Assembly (NCBI GenBank): GCA_037441705.1
Contig: JBBIRR010000007.1
Location: forward strand, 1 to 64,000
Direction of reading: 5' to 3'
DNA length: 64,000 nucleotides
Source: Ignavibacteriales bacterium
GTDB lineage: Bacteria > Bacteroidota > Ignavibacteria > UBA10030 > UBA6906
The notes under the pieces were generated by a model. The model made no database searches, was not told the DNA's origin, and saw only the letters and a program-made list of their open reading frames with translations. Position numbers and translations under genes: made by a program. Of this stretch, positions 9,382 through 18,227 are shown piece by piece. How positions within the stretch are numbered: position 1 is the first letter of the stretch; the number at the start of each line of letters is the position of its first letter.

Positions 9382-11198
9382 CAGAATCGTCTTCGATCCA
9401 CCCGCTGCGAGGGGCGGAATGTCTGTGTGAACATTTTAGTGAAAAGCGGTCCGAGACCCTGGTTGCCGCCGCTCGTATTGTTCAAGAGGTGAAGCGGCAG
9501 GCCGAAGAGTACGATCGTTCGCTGGCCATCAACAATTGCCACCTTCGGTCGCAACGTATCTCCTCTACCATCCGGATCAACCGCTTTGTACCTGCCGCGT
9601 GTATCCGGCTGGAGGCGATAGATAACGCGTGCATCGGTACGGCGATACATATCCCGCATAAAGACAATGTGAGGATCGGGCGTTGGATTGAAGGCGAGCC
9701 GCGGATAAATGTTCGTCGAAACAGTGCTGTCGGGAAGCAGCGCAAATCCCGCGGGAATGCGTGTGTCGCCCGGAATCGGAAGCGTCACGGGAGGGCATCC
9801 CGCGCCAAGACACACGCTGCTCACGCTGTCGATCGGCGCGAAGTCTCTGAGCACGGCATTCGCGTTGAACAGCGAAAAGTTTCCGGAGAAGATAATCGAG
9901 AGAACCATCTTTCCCCCATTTTGCAGATAGAGGAAAGGCGCCGATTGCAGCACGGCCAGACTCGGCGACTCGTCCGTATAGAGGAACACGAAATCGTACA
10001 ACAAGAAGGTGTGAATCAGCGTCGGGTCAACGTAGGGCGGAACCATACGGCTCAAGCGGCCCGCTTGCTTATCAACGACCGTCACGCCGAGGGCAAGATT
10101 CAGTGTGTCAATGACCGTGAACTGAGGATCGGGAACTTGATGCAGCGCTGCAAGATATGTTGCCACAGCCGTCGGCGCATCGTTGCGTGTGTAGTCACCC
10201 ACAAGCAACACTCGTCCTCTCGGTCGTTTGACAAACCACGCCGGCTGCGTTGCCGTGGGAAGGTGAATCGCAGGACTGAACTCGCCCGCAACATCCTTTG
10301 CCTGAACGAACACAACGTTCGTTGTATCCAACCGCAGGTTCGGTAACTGTCCTACAAACTGTCGCCCGAGAAATTGGCCTGAATAGACGTCGGCAACGAC
10401 GGGCGTGCCGGGGACATTGGGGGCAGCATCGCTCCGCGTCCGCGGCACAACGAGCGTCACAATCGTATCGCGCAGCCGAAGCGTGAGCCAGTTGGCCGGA
10501 TCACTTGTATCGTTGAGGGCAATGCGATAGCTGGCCAGCGTGTTTTCTCCATCCGCATCGAACCCTTTGAAACCGATGGTGACGCAGGTGTAGGTGTAGT
10601 CCGGCAGGCGCAGAACCGACGTCGGATCGTTGGGGTTGGCCGCAAAGGCGATCGTGGGCGGCGTGTTGCGCACAGGAAGCACCAGCATGGCGCCGGCCGG
10701 ATCCATTGCGCCGACAAGCGACGGCAACGCGACATCACCGCCATCGAACACACCATTATCGTTTTGATCGTGAAAAGCATTCGGCGTCAAACGAACGACA
10801 CTCTTCTCCGGCAGACCTGGAAACGTGTTGTCCACCGCCCGCACAAACACGGTGTAGTACCGGAAGAGCGTATCGTGCGGAAACTGAATGATGGTGTCGT
10901 TCTTCGTCGTCCACGTGTAGCGAACCGTATCCGGCGAAGGCCGCGCCGTCGCGCGATACTTCACGAACCCGAACAGATAGCCGCGTATCACGCCGTCGGG
11001 ATCCTCTCCCCACCAGTGCAAGTGCTGCCGGCTCACCCCGACGCCGACGGTCGTATCGGGATACAGCCAGACGAACGACGCCGGAGTCCGGTTCGCCCTC
11101 GGATTATCGGCGATCTTCTCGTTGCAGCTCAAGAGGAACGTAGCTGCAACGACAAATCCGATATGGAGGTAAGCCCGTCGCAAACGATGCTTTCTCAA
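9381..11198 (-). CDS. Uncharacterised lipoprotein
   Basis: Lipobox FLLSC; two repeated Ig-like segments (WWGEDPDG / FKGFDADG, VFVRAVD / VFVQAKD); DQNDNGVFD Ca-binding-like loop; stop overlaps the receptor start. Confidence 0.75.
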   Translation of the reverse strand: MRKHRLRRAYLHIGFVVAATFLLSCNEKIADNPRANRTPASFVWLYPDTTVGVGVSRQHLHWWGEDPDGVIRGYLFGFVKYRATARPSPDTVRYTWTTKNDTIIQFPHDTLFRYYTVFVRAVDNTFPGLPEKSVVRLTPNAFHDQNDNGVFDGGDVALPSLVGAMDPAGAMLVLPVRNTPPTIAFAANPNDPTSVLRLPDYTYTCVTIGFKGFDADGENTLASYRIALNDTSDPANWLTLRLRDTIVTLVVPRTRSDAAPNVPGTPVVADVYSGQFLGRQFVGQLPNLRLDTTNVVFVQAKDVAGEFSPAIHLPTATQPAWFVKRPRGRVLLVGDYTRNDAPTAVATYLAALHQVPDPQFTVIDTLNLALGVTVVDKQAGRLSRMVPPYVDPTLIHTFLLYDFVFLYTDESPSLAVLQSAPFLYLQNGGKMVLSIIFSGNFSLFNANAVLRDFAPIDSVSSVCLGAGCPPVTLPIPGDTRIPAGFALLPDSTVSTNIYPRLAFNPTPDPHIVFMRDMYRRTDARVIYRLQPDTRGRYKAVDPDGRGDTLRPKVAIVDGQRTIVLFGLPLHLLNNTSGGNQGLGPLFTKMFTQTFRPSQRVDRRRF

Positions 11199-11222
11199 TC
11201 AAAAATTCAAATTCAATTAGTG

Positions 11223-11300
11223 CACCACCCATCACTCCATCACCCCATTCATCCACCACTCCATCACTCCACCACTCCACCACCCCATCTCTCCAATCAC
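11223..11300. repeat. Degenerate 8-bp tandem repeat (YCCAYCAC, about 9 units)
   Basis: cccatcac tccatcac cccattca tccaccac tccatcac tccaccac tccaccac cccatctc, within an intra-operon spacer. Confidence 0.8.
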
Positions 11301-11322
11301 CGCGCTCACTCCCGCGCAATCC

Positions 11323-13536
11323 TCACCTGACCAGAATCATCTTCCGCGTCTGCGCAAACTGTCCTGCTTGCAGGCGATAGAAGTACACACCCGAAGGCAG
11401 GTTCGACGCGTCGAACCGCAGCGTGTACGTGCCGGCGGGCTGGAGGTCATTGACCAGCGTCTCCACTTTTTGGCCTAAGAGATTGTACACATCCACCGTC
11501 ACGTATTCCGACTTCGGCAGACTGAACTCGATGGTTGTTGTCGGATTGAACGGGTTGGGATAGTTCTGTCCTAACGCATACGTCGTGGGAACCAGGTCAT
11601 GACGTTCGAGTTCGGAGACTGACGAGATCGTTCCGAAATCGCTGTCGCCGCGCGGAACAATCTTGTACACATTTCCCGAATAGTACACGATGCCGCGCAG
11701 GTACGAGATACGTTGTCCTAACCGAATGAGAACTCGCCCGGCCGAATCCTGCGTCGTCGTTGTGTAGCGATGCTTGCCGTCGCGGCGAATGAGGACCTGA
11801 CCCGAGCCATCGCTCACGCCGAACTCATAGATTTCCTGAAACGTCGGGAACGTATCCGTAACGGTCACATTGTTGAACTGCACGAGCATGCCTTCCCACT
11901 GTTCGGCACTCGGCGTTCCGTTGCCGACACCGGCGCCAAACGTATTCGTCGGCACGACGATGGGTGACGGCTCAGGATTGTTGTTCGTGTGCACGGTGGG
12001 CAGGCCCGGGAACTGCAGCCGTGTCACATCAAAGTTCTCCGAGACGGTTCCCTGAATGCTGATACTGTCGCCGTTGCGCAAAGCAAGAAGACCGGTCGAA
12101 AGCGAATCCGCATGGACCCAGATGCCCGACCACGGCTGATTGGTTGTTTGCATGTACCAGACATTCGTACCGCGGAAACGCGTCGGGGGGAGGACAAGAC
12201 TTGCCGTATCCGCTGTGACGATACCCGAAAGCGTGACGGTTGCCCCGATGTAGGCACTGCGACCGTTGGTGTAGGGCGTGTATTGAATGTCGCGGATGGT
12301 CACCGGGCGATCGAGCACGTTGTAGAAGAAGAATCCGCGCAGTGTATCCGACTGGCTGCCGTCGGTGGCTGAGCTGGCAAGCTTCACAGTGTTGCCGAAC
12401 GAATCCGTCACGCTGATGTAGTAGCGTACAAATGTGTTCGCTGCCTGCTGCGGAATCGCTGCCCGGTACGTTGTATCCGACGCGTTGAAGGTCATGTTCA
12501 CGTTCGTGAATGCGCCGTTGTTGAGGCTGTAGCGCAGCTGCACCGTTTGAATTCCGACACTCCCACGCGTCACGCGGCAGCTCACCACGGGCGAGGAATC
12601 CGGCGGAACAATGACGGGATTGCGCCGATGCGTTCCGACAAGCGGCAGCACGACGGAGCCGTACACGATATCGCCCGGAAGGAGTGGAGCGATGCGATAC
12701 CCGCGCGGCGCCTCCTGTCCGCTGTTGGTCATCACGTACCCTCGAATCGTGTCAACAATAGCACCAATCGGCGGCAACTGGTATGTTGATGCCGGGTCAC
12801 GGTGTCCGCGTGTCGTAAACCACTTCGATGCATCCATCGTCGAAATCTGATTTCCGAACTGGTCGGTCATGTTGAACGTGCCGTTCGTCTGGTTGACGTA
12901 GGCAACAACCGTCAGGTTCGTCAGCACAACTCGCATGAACTCCATCGGCTCGCCGGTGGAGAATTGGATGCCGTTGGGCCCGGTGCTTGGGAATTGTCCC
13001 CGATAGAAATCGGTAACGACCTTCGGCACGTGAGGCGGAACGGGCGCCGTGCCGAGAATTGTCAGTGGGAAAGCCGGCAGCGGAACGATTTGTGTCTGAC
13101 TTACCGGATCGCCCGCCGGAAACTCATCAATGTATCCGGTGAATTCGATGTAGTCGCCTACTTCGATGCTGGTAATGCCCCACTGAATGTAAATGGTCGA
13201 ATCTGGCGATCCCGTACTCAGGGGCGGCCGCACGAACAACCCTCCCCATTGCGTCCGGTCGGCAGTATCGGCAATGAGCAGGTTGAACCCGCTTGCCGTA
13301 AAGTTGATGACTTTTGCCGGCACGACACACACACCACGCACGCGCACGGTGTCTCCAAAGTACGGCGAGCGCTGGGCAGTCCAGCGCGCGAGCTGCGTCC
13401 GCTGCAGCGTGTCCAGCATCCGCAGCGAATCGAGCGACACTTCTTGAATCTGCCGAATTGTTCTCAGAGGATACTGGGCGAGGACAGTCCCCGCCACAAG
13501 CATTGCCATCACCACAACCCCTACCATCCGTTTCAT
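11323..13536 (-). CDS. Secreted protein with duplicated ExeM/YhcR-like OB-fold modules and T9SS type A sorting domain
   Basis: ATG at 13536 follows GGGAGG; signal peptide; two homologous modules (see findings); CTD LGQNYPNPFNPTT...SGVYFYRL...RKMILVR. The ORF-track extension to 13764 overlaps the upstream gene and was rejected. Confidence 0.85.
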   Translation of the reverse strand: MKRMVGVVVMAMLVAGTVLAQYPLRTIRQIQEVSLDSLRMLDTLQRTQLARWTAQRSPYFGDTVRVRGVCVVPAKVINFTASGFNLLIADTADRTQWGGLFVRPPLSTGSPDSTIYIQWGITSIEVGDYIEFTGYIDEFPAGDPVSQTQIVPLPAFPLTILGTAPVPPHVPKVVTDFYRGQFPSTGPNGIQFSTGEPMEFMRVVLTNLTVVAYVNQTNGTFNMTDQFGNQISTMDASKWFTTRGHRDPASTYQLPPIGAIVDTIRGYVMTNSGQEAPRGYRIAPLLPGDIVYGSVVLPLVGTHRRNPVIVPPDSSPVVSCRVTRGSVGIQTVQLRYSLNNGAFTNVNMTFNASDTTYRAAIPQQAANTFVRYYISVTDSFGNTVKLASSATDGSQSDTLRGFFFYNVLDRPVTIRDIQYTPYTNGRSAYIGATVTLSGIVTADTASLVLPPTRFRGTNVWYMQTTNQPWSGIWVHADSLSTGLLALRNGDSISIQGTVSENFDVTRLQFPGLPTVHTNNNPEPSPIVVPTNTFGAGVGNGTPSAEQWEGMLVQFNNVTVTDTFPTFQEIYEFGVSDGSGQVLIRRDGKHRYTTTTQDSAGRVLIRLGQRISYLRGIVYYSGNVYKIVPRGDSDFGTISSVSELERHDLVPTTYALGQNYPNPFNPTTTIEFSLPKSEYVTVDVYNLLGQKVETLVNDLQPAGTYTLRFDASNLPSGVYFYRLQAGQFAQTRKMILVR

Positions 13537-13589
13537 GATTGCCTCCCTCATTTGATTTTTGGTGCGCGAATCGTTGATCCGCTTGCGAT

Positions 13590-15728
13590 TTATTTGATCA
13601 CTAAGAATTTTCCCGTCTTCACTTCGCCCGTATCGGAGTTCTTCACAGTAAACAAATACAACCCCGACGCGATTGCCTGATCGAATTTCGTAATCAAATC
13701 CCACGCGTGCTCGCCGCCGGAGAACTGTGCAGGAGCCTGCGATGTGCCGTAGGTGCGAAACCACTCAATGGACGTTCCGTCGTAGTTCGCTGCATCGTGG
13801 TGCAGGTCTGCAACCACGTCGCCCGCAAGCGTATAGATTTTGATCTCGCAACGTGCGGGGAGGTTGTAGAAATAAATCTTCCGTGTGCGTTCCGTTCCTC
13901 CGTCCCAGTACGCGCGGGCGTAGTACGGATTCGGGTAGACCCCAACGTTTGCATTCGCGGCCGCGGCTGTGTCGGTTCCGGGGATCACGCGGACAATTAC
14001 CGTTCTGCTCTGCAGCGAGGGAAGCGCCGTTGCCGAATCGCCCGTGTTGTAGGCAGCGACGCCGTACACATACTGCCAGCCGTTCAGGTGAGGAATCTCC
14101 TCGCCGTCCGGCGGGAAACGATACCAATAGTCCACCGTGTCGCCGGGGAAACGCTTCGGCTGAGCAAGCAGGATGCGTGAGAACCCGGTGTTGTATCCGA
14201 GATTGTTGCCGGGCCGATCAAACTCACCCACCAGAGAAAGATTGAGCAGAAAGTTCTCCGGGTCGGTGAAGTCGGCCCCCGGATTCGATCGGTAAATACG
14301 ATAGCCTTCAAAATCCTGCTGGCGGGTTATCGGATTGACCGAAAGCTCCGACGTGGACTTGTCCCAGTAGATGCTGACTCTTTGATTCTCAACGACGGCG
14401 CGAACTTTTGGCGGGCGAGGAGGTTGAGGAAGAATGAAATGATCGAGCCTGCCGTTGCCGTTGATATCCTCGCCGGGGTCGAGCCGGTTATTGCCGTTGA
14501 TGTCTTCGCCGTCGTACGCCTGCTGCGCGAAGCCGGCGTTGGTGTACAACGTCTTCCGCTGCTCTCGGGTGTCGAGATTGGCGGGATCGGGTCCGAATTT
14601 TCTTGCACATACTACCGCGTACACCACCTGAAGGGAGTCGCCAGGAAGCAAGGAACGAAACGGCCCGGTGGAGAGCAGAGTCGTCATATTCTGCGGCTGC
14701 AGCGTGCGCAGAGGAGCAATCTTATCGGGCGGCAGCGACGCCGCCATCCGTTCGTAGCGGCTCCGTTCACCTTGAATGCTGCCGAAGTCCTGGCGCGGCG
14801 ACCAGTAGGCCTGATCGCCTGTGGCCGTCGTGGCGAACGTCCAGGCATTGTAGTACGTCTTGCGCGTTAGATCGCCCAGCGAATCCACGCCGATCGGAAA
14901 GGGACTTGAACCGAGAAGCTTGATGCCAACGTAGCTTCCTGCAGCCGGCGGAGTGGGAATGCCGCTGTAATCGAATGTGTACTTCATACGCAGCGAATCG
15001 GAGTACCCGTTGGCGCCACGCTCGAAGTATCCGGCCGTGCCGGGGCGAACGTTGTTCGTGTTGCGCACGACGGCATTGTCCCACAACCCAACGTACACGG
15101 AATCGAGCGTGTCGGTGCCCGTATTGTATATCGTGTAGTTGATAAGAACAAAAGCATCGGCGAAGGGGAAGTTCCATGCGTACGACTCCTGCCGCACCGT
15201 AATGCCGAGCGGGACGGGCCTGTCCGGCTCCGAGCTGTCGCGCGGGGTGGTGTCGGTATACCACCCGATGAAGTCTTGATGGCTTACCGCCAGCGTGTCG
15301 AAGTAACGCGACTCGGAAAGCGACGAGCGTTGGATGACCGTTGTGCCCGGAATAGACACGAACTCGAAGCCCTTTCCCGTCGTCGTGGAGACGACGTTGG
15401 ACGAGCCTGTGCTCACCGCAAAGATTCCATCCCGTAGAGGATTAGCTGAGCGGATTTGCGCCCCCACCCACAGTCCCGCCTGATAGATATGCTCAATGCG
15501 TGAACCGATAGGATACTCACACGAAGGCTGGCCCTCACTCCAGTAAAAGTTGCGCGTGCCCAGTGTCCCGAAGTTCGTCACCGTCAGCCCAATTTTCCCG
15601 ACGGTCGTGTAATTGCGGTCGGTGTCGTCGGCGAGCTTGCGCAAGCCGTCGTCCCCCGGTGCAGCAAATAGAAAGCTGAACGAGCAAACAACGATGGTGG
15701 TGAGTTTCAGATGGAAGCCAAAGTGCAT
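13590..15728 (-). CDS. Uncharacterised secreted protein with variant T9SS-like C-terminal domain
   Basis: Signal peptide; tandem GEDINGNNRLDPGEDINGNGRLD Ca-binding-like motif; FN3-like DFEGYRIYRS; C-terminus VGVYPNPY...IYTLAGDVV...WDL...ASGLYLF...KFLVIK. Confidence 0.8.
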   Translation of the reverse strand: MHFGFHLKLTTIVVCSFSFLFAAPGDDGLRKLADDTDRNYTTVGKIGLTVTNFGTLGTRNFYWSEGQPSCEYPIGSRIEHIYQAGLWVGAQIRSANPLRDGIFAVSTGSSNVVSTTTGKGFEFVSIPGTTVIQRSSLSESRYFDTLAVSHQDFIGWYTDTTPRDSSEPDRPVPLGITVRQESYAWNFPFADAFVLINYTIYNTGTDTLDSVYVGLWDNAVVRNTNNVRPGTAGYFERGANGYSDSLRMKYTFDYSGIPTPPAAGSYVGIKLLGSSPFPIGVDSLGDLTRKTYYNAWTFATTATGDQAYWSPRQDFGSIQGERSRYERMAASLPPDKIAPLRTLQPQNMTTLLSTGPFRSLLPGDSLQVVYAVVCARKFGPDPANLDTREQRKTLYTNAGFAQQAYDGEDINGNNRLDPGEDINGNGRLDHFILPQPPRPPKVRAVVENQRVSIYWDKSTSELSVNPITRQQDFEGYRIYRSNPGADFTDPENFLLNLSLVGEFDRPGNNLGYNTGFSRILLAQPKRFPGDTVDYWYRFPPDGEEIPHLNGWQYVYGVAAYNTGDSATALPSLQSRTVIVRVIPGTDTAAAANANVGVYPNPYYARAYWDGGTERTRKIYFYNLPARCEIKIYTLAGDVVADLHHDAANYDGTSIEWFRTYGTSQAPAQFSGGEHAWDLITKFDQAIASGLYLFTVKNSDTGEVKTGKFLVIK

Positions 15729-15770
15729 GAACCGGGGAATGAGAATCGAGTTGAGAGATTTTTCTGTGAG

Positions 15771-15799
15771 AATATATTCCTAATCGCTTCTAAAGTCAA
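15771..15799 (-). promoter_or_regulatory. sigma70 promoter of the TonB receptor/PorV operon
   Basis: TTGACT-N17-TATATT, 42 bp upstream of the 15728 start. Confidence 0.7.
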
Positions 15800-15871
15800 G
15801 GTAACGATCGGAAGAGAACGTGGGGCATCGGCGGGTCAGATGCTTCGCTTCACTCGAAGTGGGATTCGCAG

Positions 15872-18094
15872 CTACTGCGCCTCTTTGCGGATGATCAGCT
15901 CTTGACCCGCGTAGATTCTATTGGTGTGTTCGAGCGAGTTCCACTTCCGCAGGTCAGGCTCGGATACATTGTGCGCGTTGGCGATGCGTGAGATCGTGTC
16001 GCCCTTCCGTACAACATAGATGATCTCTCTCCCTTTCGCGGTGGCGCGCGGCGCCGACGACGCTGCGGTCCGTTCCTTCACCAGAGGATAGAGTACCAAC
16101 TTTTCGCCGGGATAGATCATGGAGGAGGCGAGATTGTTCCAGCGCTGGATTTGTCGGATGGAGACGCCGTGCATCTCGGCAATCTTCTCGAGCGTGTCGC
16201 CCTTCTTGACGACGTACGTCGTTCCTTCGTCACCGTTGATTTCCTCCGGCGTTGCCGTGTATCGCTTTGCGAGCAAGGCGCTCTTTTGTTCGAAGGTCAT
16301 CTGATCAATCTTGCGGTACTTCTCTGCATCCTTCTTATCTACCCACACAATCAGCGTTCGTCCGGCGATAATCTTCCGACCGTAGGGAATATTGTTCCAC
16401 GTTCGGATGTCCGTTGCCCGCACGTTGAACCACTCGGCAATATGGCCGATCGTGTCGCCGCTCTTGATGGTGTATTCGATTCGGGTCTGGTCGCCGCGCG
16501 CAGGGACAAAGGTGGAACGAATACTGCGCGCCTGCGATCGCACCGCACGCGGACGCTCTGACTCGATCTGCCGCACCTCCCACGATGCGAGAGAGGCCAT
16601 ACCGGTACCATCCTTGGCGATCGGCACCGTCAGTCGCGTACCCCGGCGCAGCACCGCCCGCGGACTGATATTGTTGGCCGAGGCAATCACCTCCGGTGAG
16701 ACGCCGTAGTGGCGTGCAATTTTCGGTACGGTGTCACCCCGTTTCGCCACGTGTGTGAGCAGGAACCCCTTTTTGCTTTCGGGAAGGGCTGCGTACTTTG
16801 CCCGGAACGCTTCTTTATCGGTTGTCCGCGGCACACGCAACTGGAAGCCCTCGGTCGGAGGCGTACAGCGATGGATCAGCTGCGGGTTCAACTCCTGCAG
16901 CGTTTCCACGTCCGTGCCGGCGCACTCGGCCAGCACGGCAAGGTCAATGCATTCATCCACCGTAACATAGTCATAGCTGAGCGAATCGGCAGGCTGAACG
17001 TCAAAGCCATGCTCTTTCGGGTTCATCGCAATGATTGCTGCCGCGATGTAGGACGGGACATAACTGCGGGTCTCGCGTGGAAGGTAGCGCCGCAGCTGCC
17101 AGAAATCCGCCGAACCGCTCCGCCGCATCGCGCGATACACTTTGCCGGCGCCGGAGTTGTAGGCCGCCATCACCAGATACCAATCCTCAAAATCCTCGTA
17201 CAGGTCTTTGAGATGGCGCGCAGCGGCGCGTGTCGCCTTCTCAAAATCTCGTCTGTCATCATACCAGAAATTGCCACGCAGACCGTAGAGCGCCCCCGTG
17301 CCCCGCATGAATTGCCAGATGCCGACGGCTCGTGCCCACGAACGCGCCACAGGATTCAATCCGCTCTCCACCATCGCAAGATAGGCGAGATCTTCTGGAA
17401 CGCCTTCCTCGCGCAAGATACGACGCATCAGCGGAAAGTACTTGCCGGAACGTTCTAACCATCGCTCCATGTGCGGCCGCCCCCGCGTTCGAAAGAAGTT
17501 GATGTGCTGCTCTACGAGATTGTTCACCACCAACGGAATCGGCGTTCCGGTGATCACCAGCTTGGGCGGCTCAACGCTTGTGGTGTCGAGCTGCTCGGAG
17601 AGCTGATTCAACTTCTCGCGCAGCGCAAAAATCGAACTCGTTGAATCAATCAGACCGCTATCTTGAATATACTTCTCGTAATCCTCCACCACCGTCCGGC
17701 TCAGATCATTGAAGTCAAGGTTCCCTTCAATGTCGGGGTAGTAGCTCAGGTCGTTGAGAATCTGGAGGGCGAGTTCGAACTGCGTACTGGCACGCACCGA
17801 GTCGCCGTTCGACTGCGCCGCCACAGCCGAGAGGTAATGCTGCCGCGCCTGCTCAAGCTGGAGCGCGATCAAGGAGTCGTTATTGACAAGAACAACTTCG
17901 GACGGAGGTTGGACTTCCGGGAGTGGGGCTGCTTCGTGCTGCGGGGGAGGGGCAAGAACGACAACGGAAGAGTCAGCGCCGGGTTGCTTCGTAGCGCGCT
18001 CTTCGGTCGAACATCCGCTGACAGACCAGGCGATCATCGCCAGCGCGATGAGCGACAACACGACCGTAATTCCCCCCGTACGGATTCTTTGCAT
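15872..18094 (-). CDS. mltD: Membrane-bound lytic murein transglycosylase with four LysM domains (MltD-like)
   Basis: GGAGGA then ATG at 18094; lipobox VSGC; SLT motifs LAMVESG, AVGIWQFM, AAYNSG, ETRSYVP; four (K/R)xGDT LysM repeats. Confidence 0.88.
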   Translation of the reverse strand: MQRIRTGGITVVLSLIALAMIAWSVSGCSTEERATKQPGADSSVVVLAPPPQHEAAPLPEVQPPSEVVLVNNDSLIALQLEQARQHYLSAVAAQSNGDSVRASTQFELALQILNDLSYYPDIEGNLDFNDLSRTVVEDYEKYIQDSGLIDSTSSIFALREKLNQLSEQLDTTSVEPPKLVITGTPIPLVVNNLVEQHINFFRTRGRPHMERWLERSGKYFPLMRRILREEGVPEDLAYLAMVESGLNPVARSWARAVGIWQFMRGTGALYGLRGNFWYDDRRDFEKATRAAARHLKDLYEDFEDWYLVMAAYNSGAGKVYRAMRRSGSADFWQLRRYLPRETRSYVPSYIAAAIIAMNPKEHGFDVQPADSLSYDYVTVDECIDLAVLAECAGTDVETLQELNPQLIHRCTPPTEGFQLRVPRTTDKEAFRAKYAALPESKKGFLLTHVAKRGDTVPKIARHYGVSPEVIASANNISPRAVLRRGTRLTVPIAKDGTGMASLASWEVRQIESERPRAVRSQARSIRSTFVPARGDQTRIEYTIKSGDTIGHIAEWFNVRATDIRTWNNIPYGRKIIAGRTLIVWVDKKDAEKYRKIDQMTFEQKSALLAKRYTATPEEINGDEGTTYVVKKGDTLEKIAEMHGVSIRQIQRWNNLASSMIYPGEKLVLYPLVKERTAASSAPRATAKGREIIYVVRKGDTISRIANAHNVSEPDLRKWNSLEHTNRIYAGQELIIRKEAQ

Positions 18095-18227
18095 TCCTCC
18101 TCTTAACCCTTGTGTCCATGGATATGACGCAATGAAGTGCTCACAAGATACGCGATGGCGCTGGAACAATCAAGATACTTCTCCTGAACTGCCCTGCCCG
18201 CCGGGGTAACAGCCGCAGCATTCGCCA

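Noticed and set aside
13537-13764. ORF-track N-terminal extension of the OB-fold protein
   Set aside because: It overlaps the upstream gene; the SD and signal peptide support ATG 13536.
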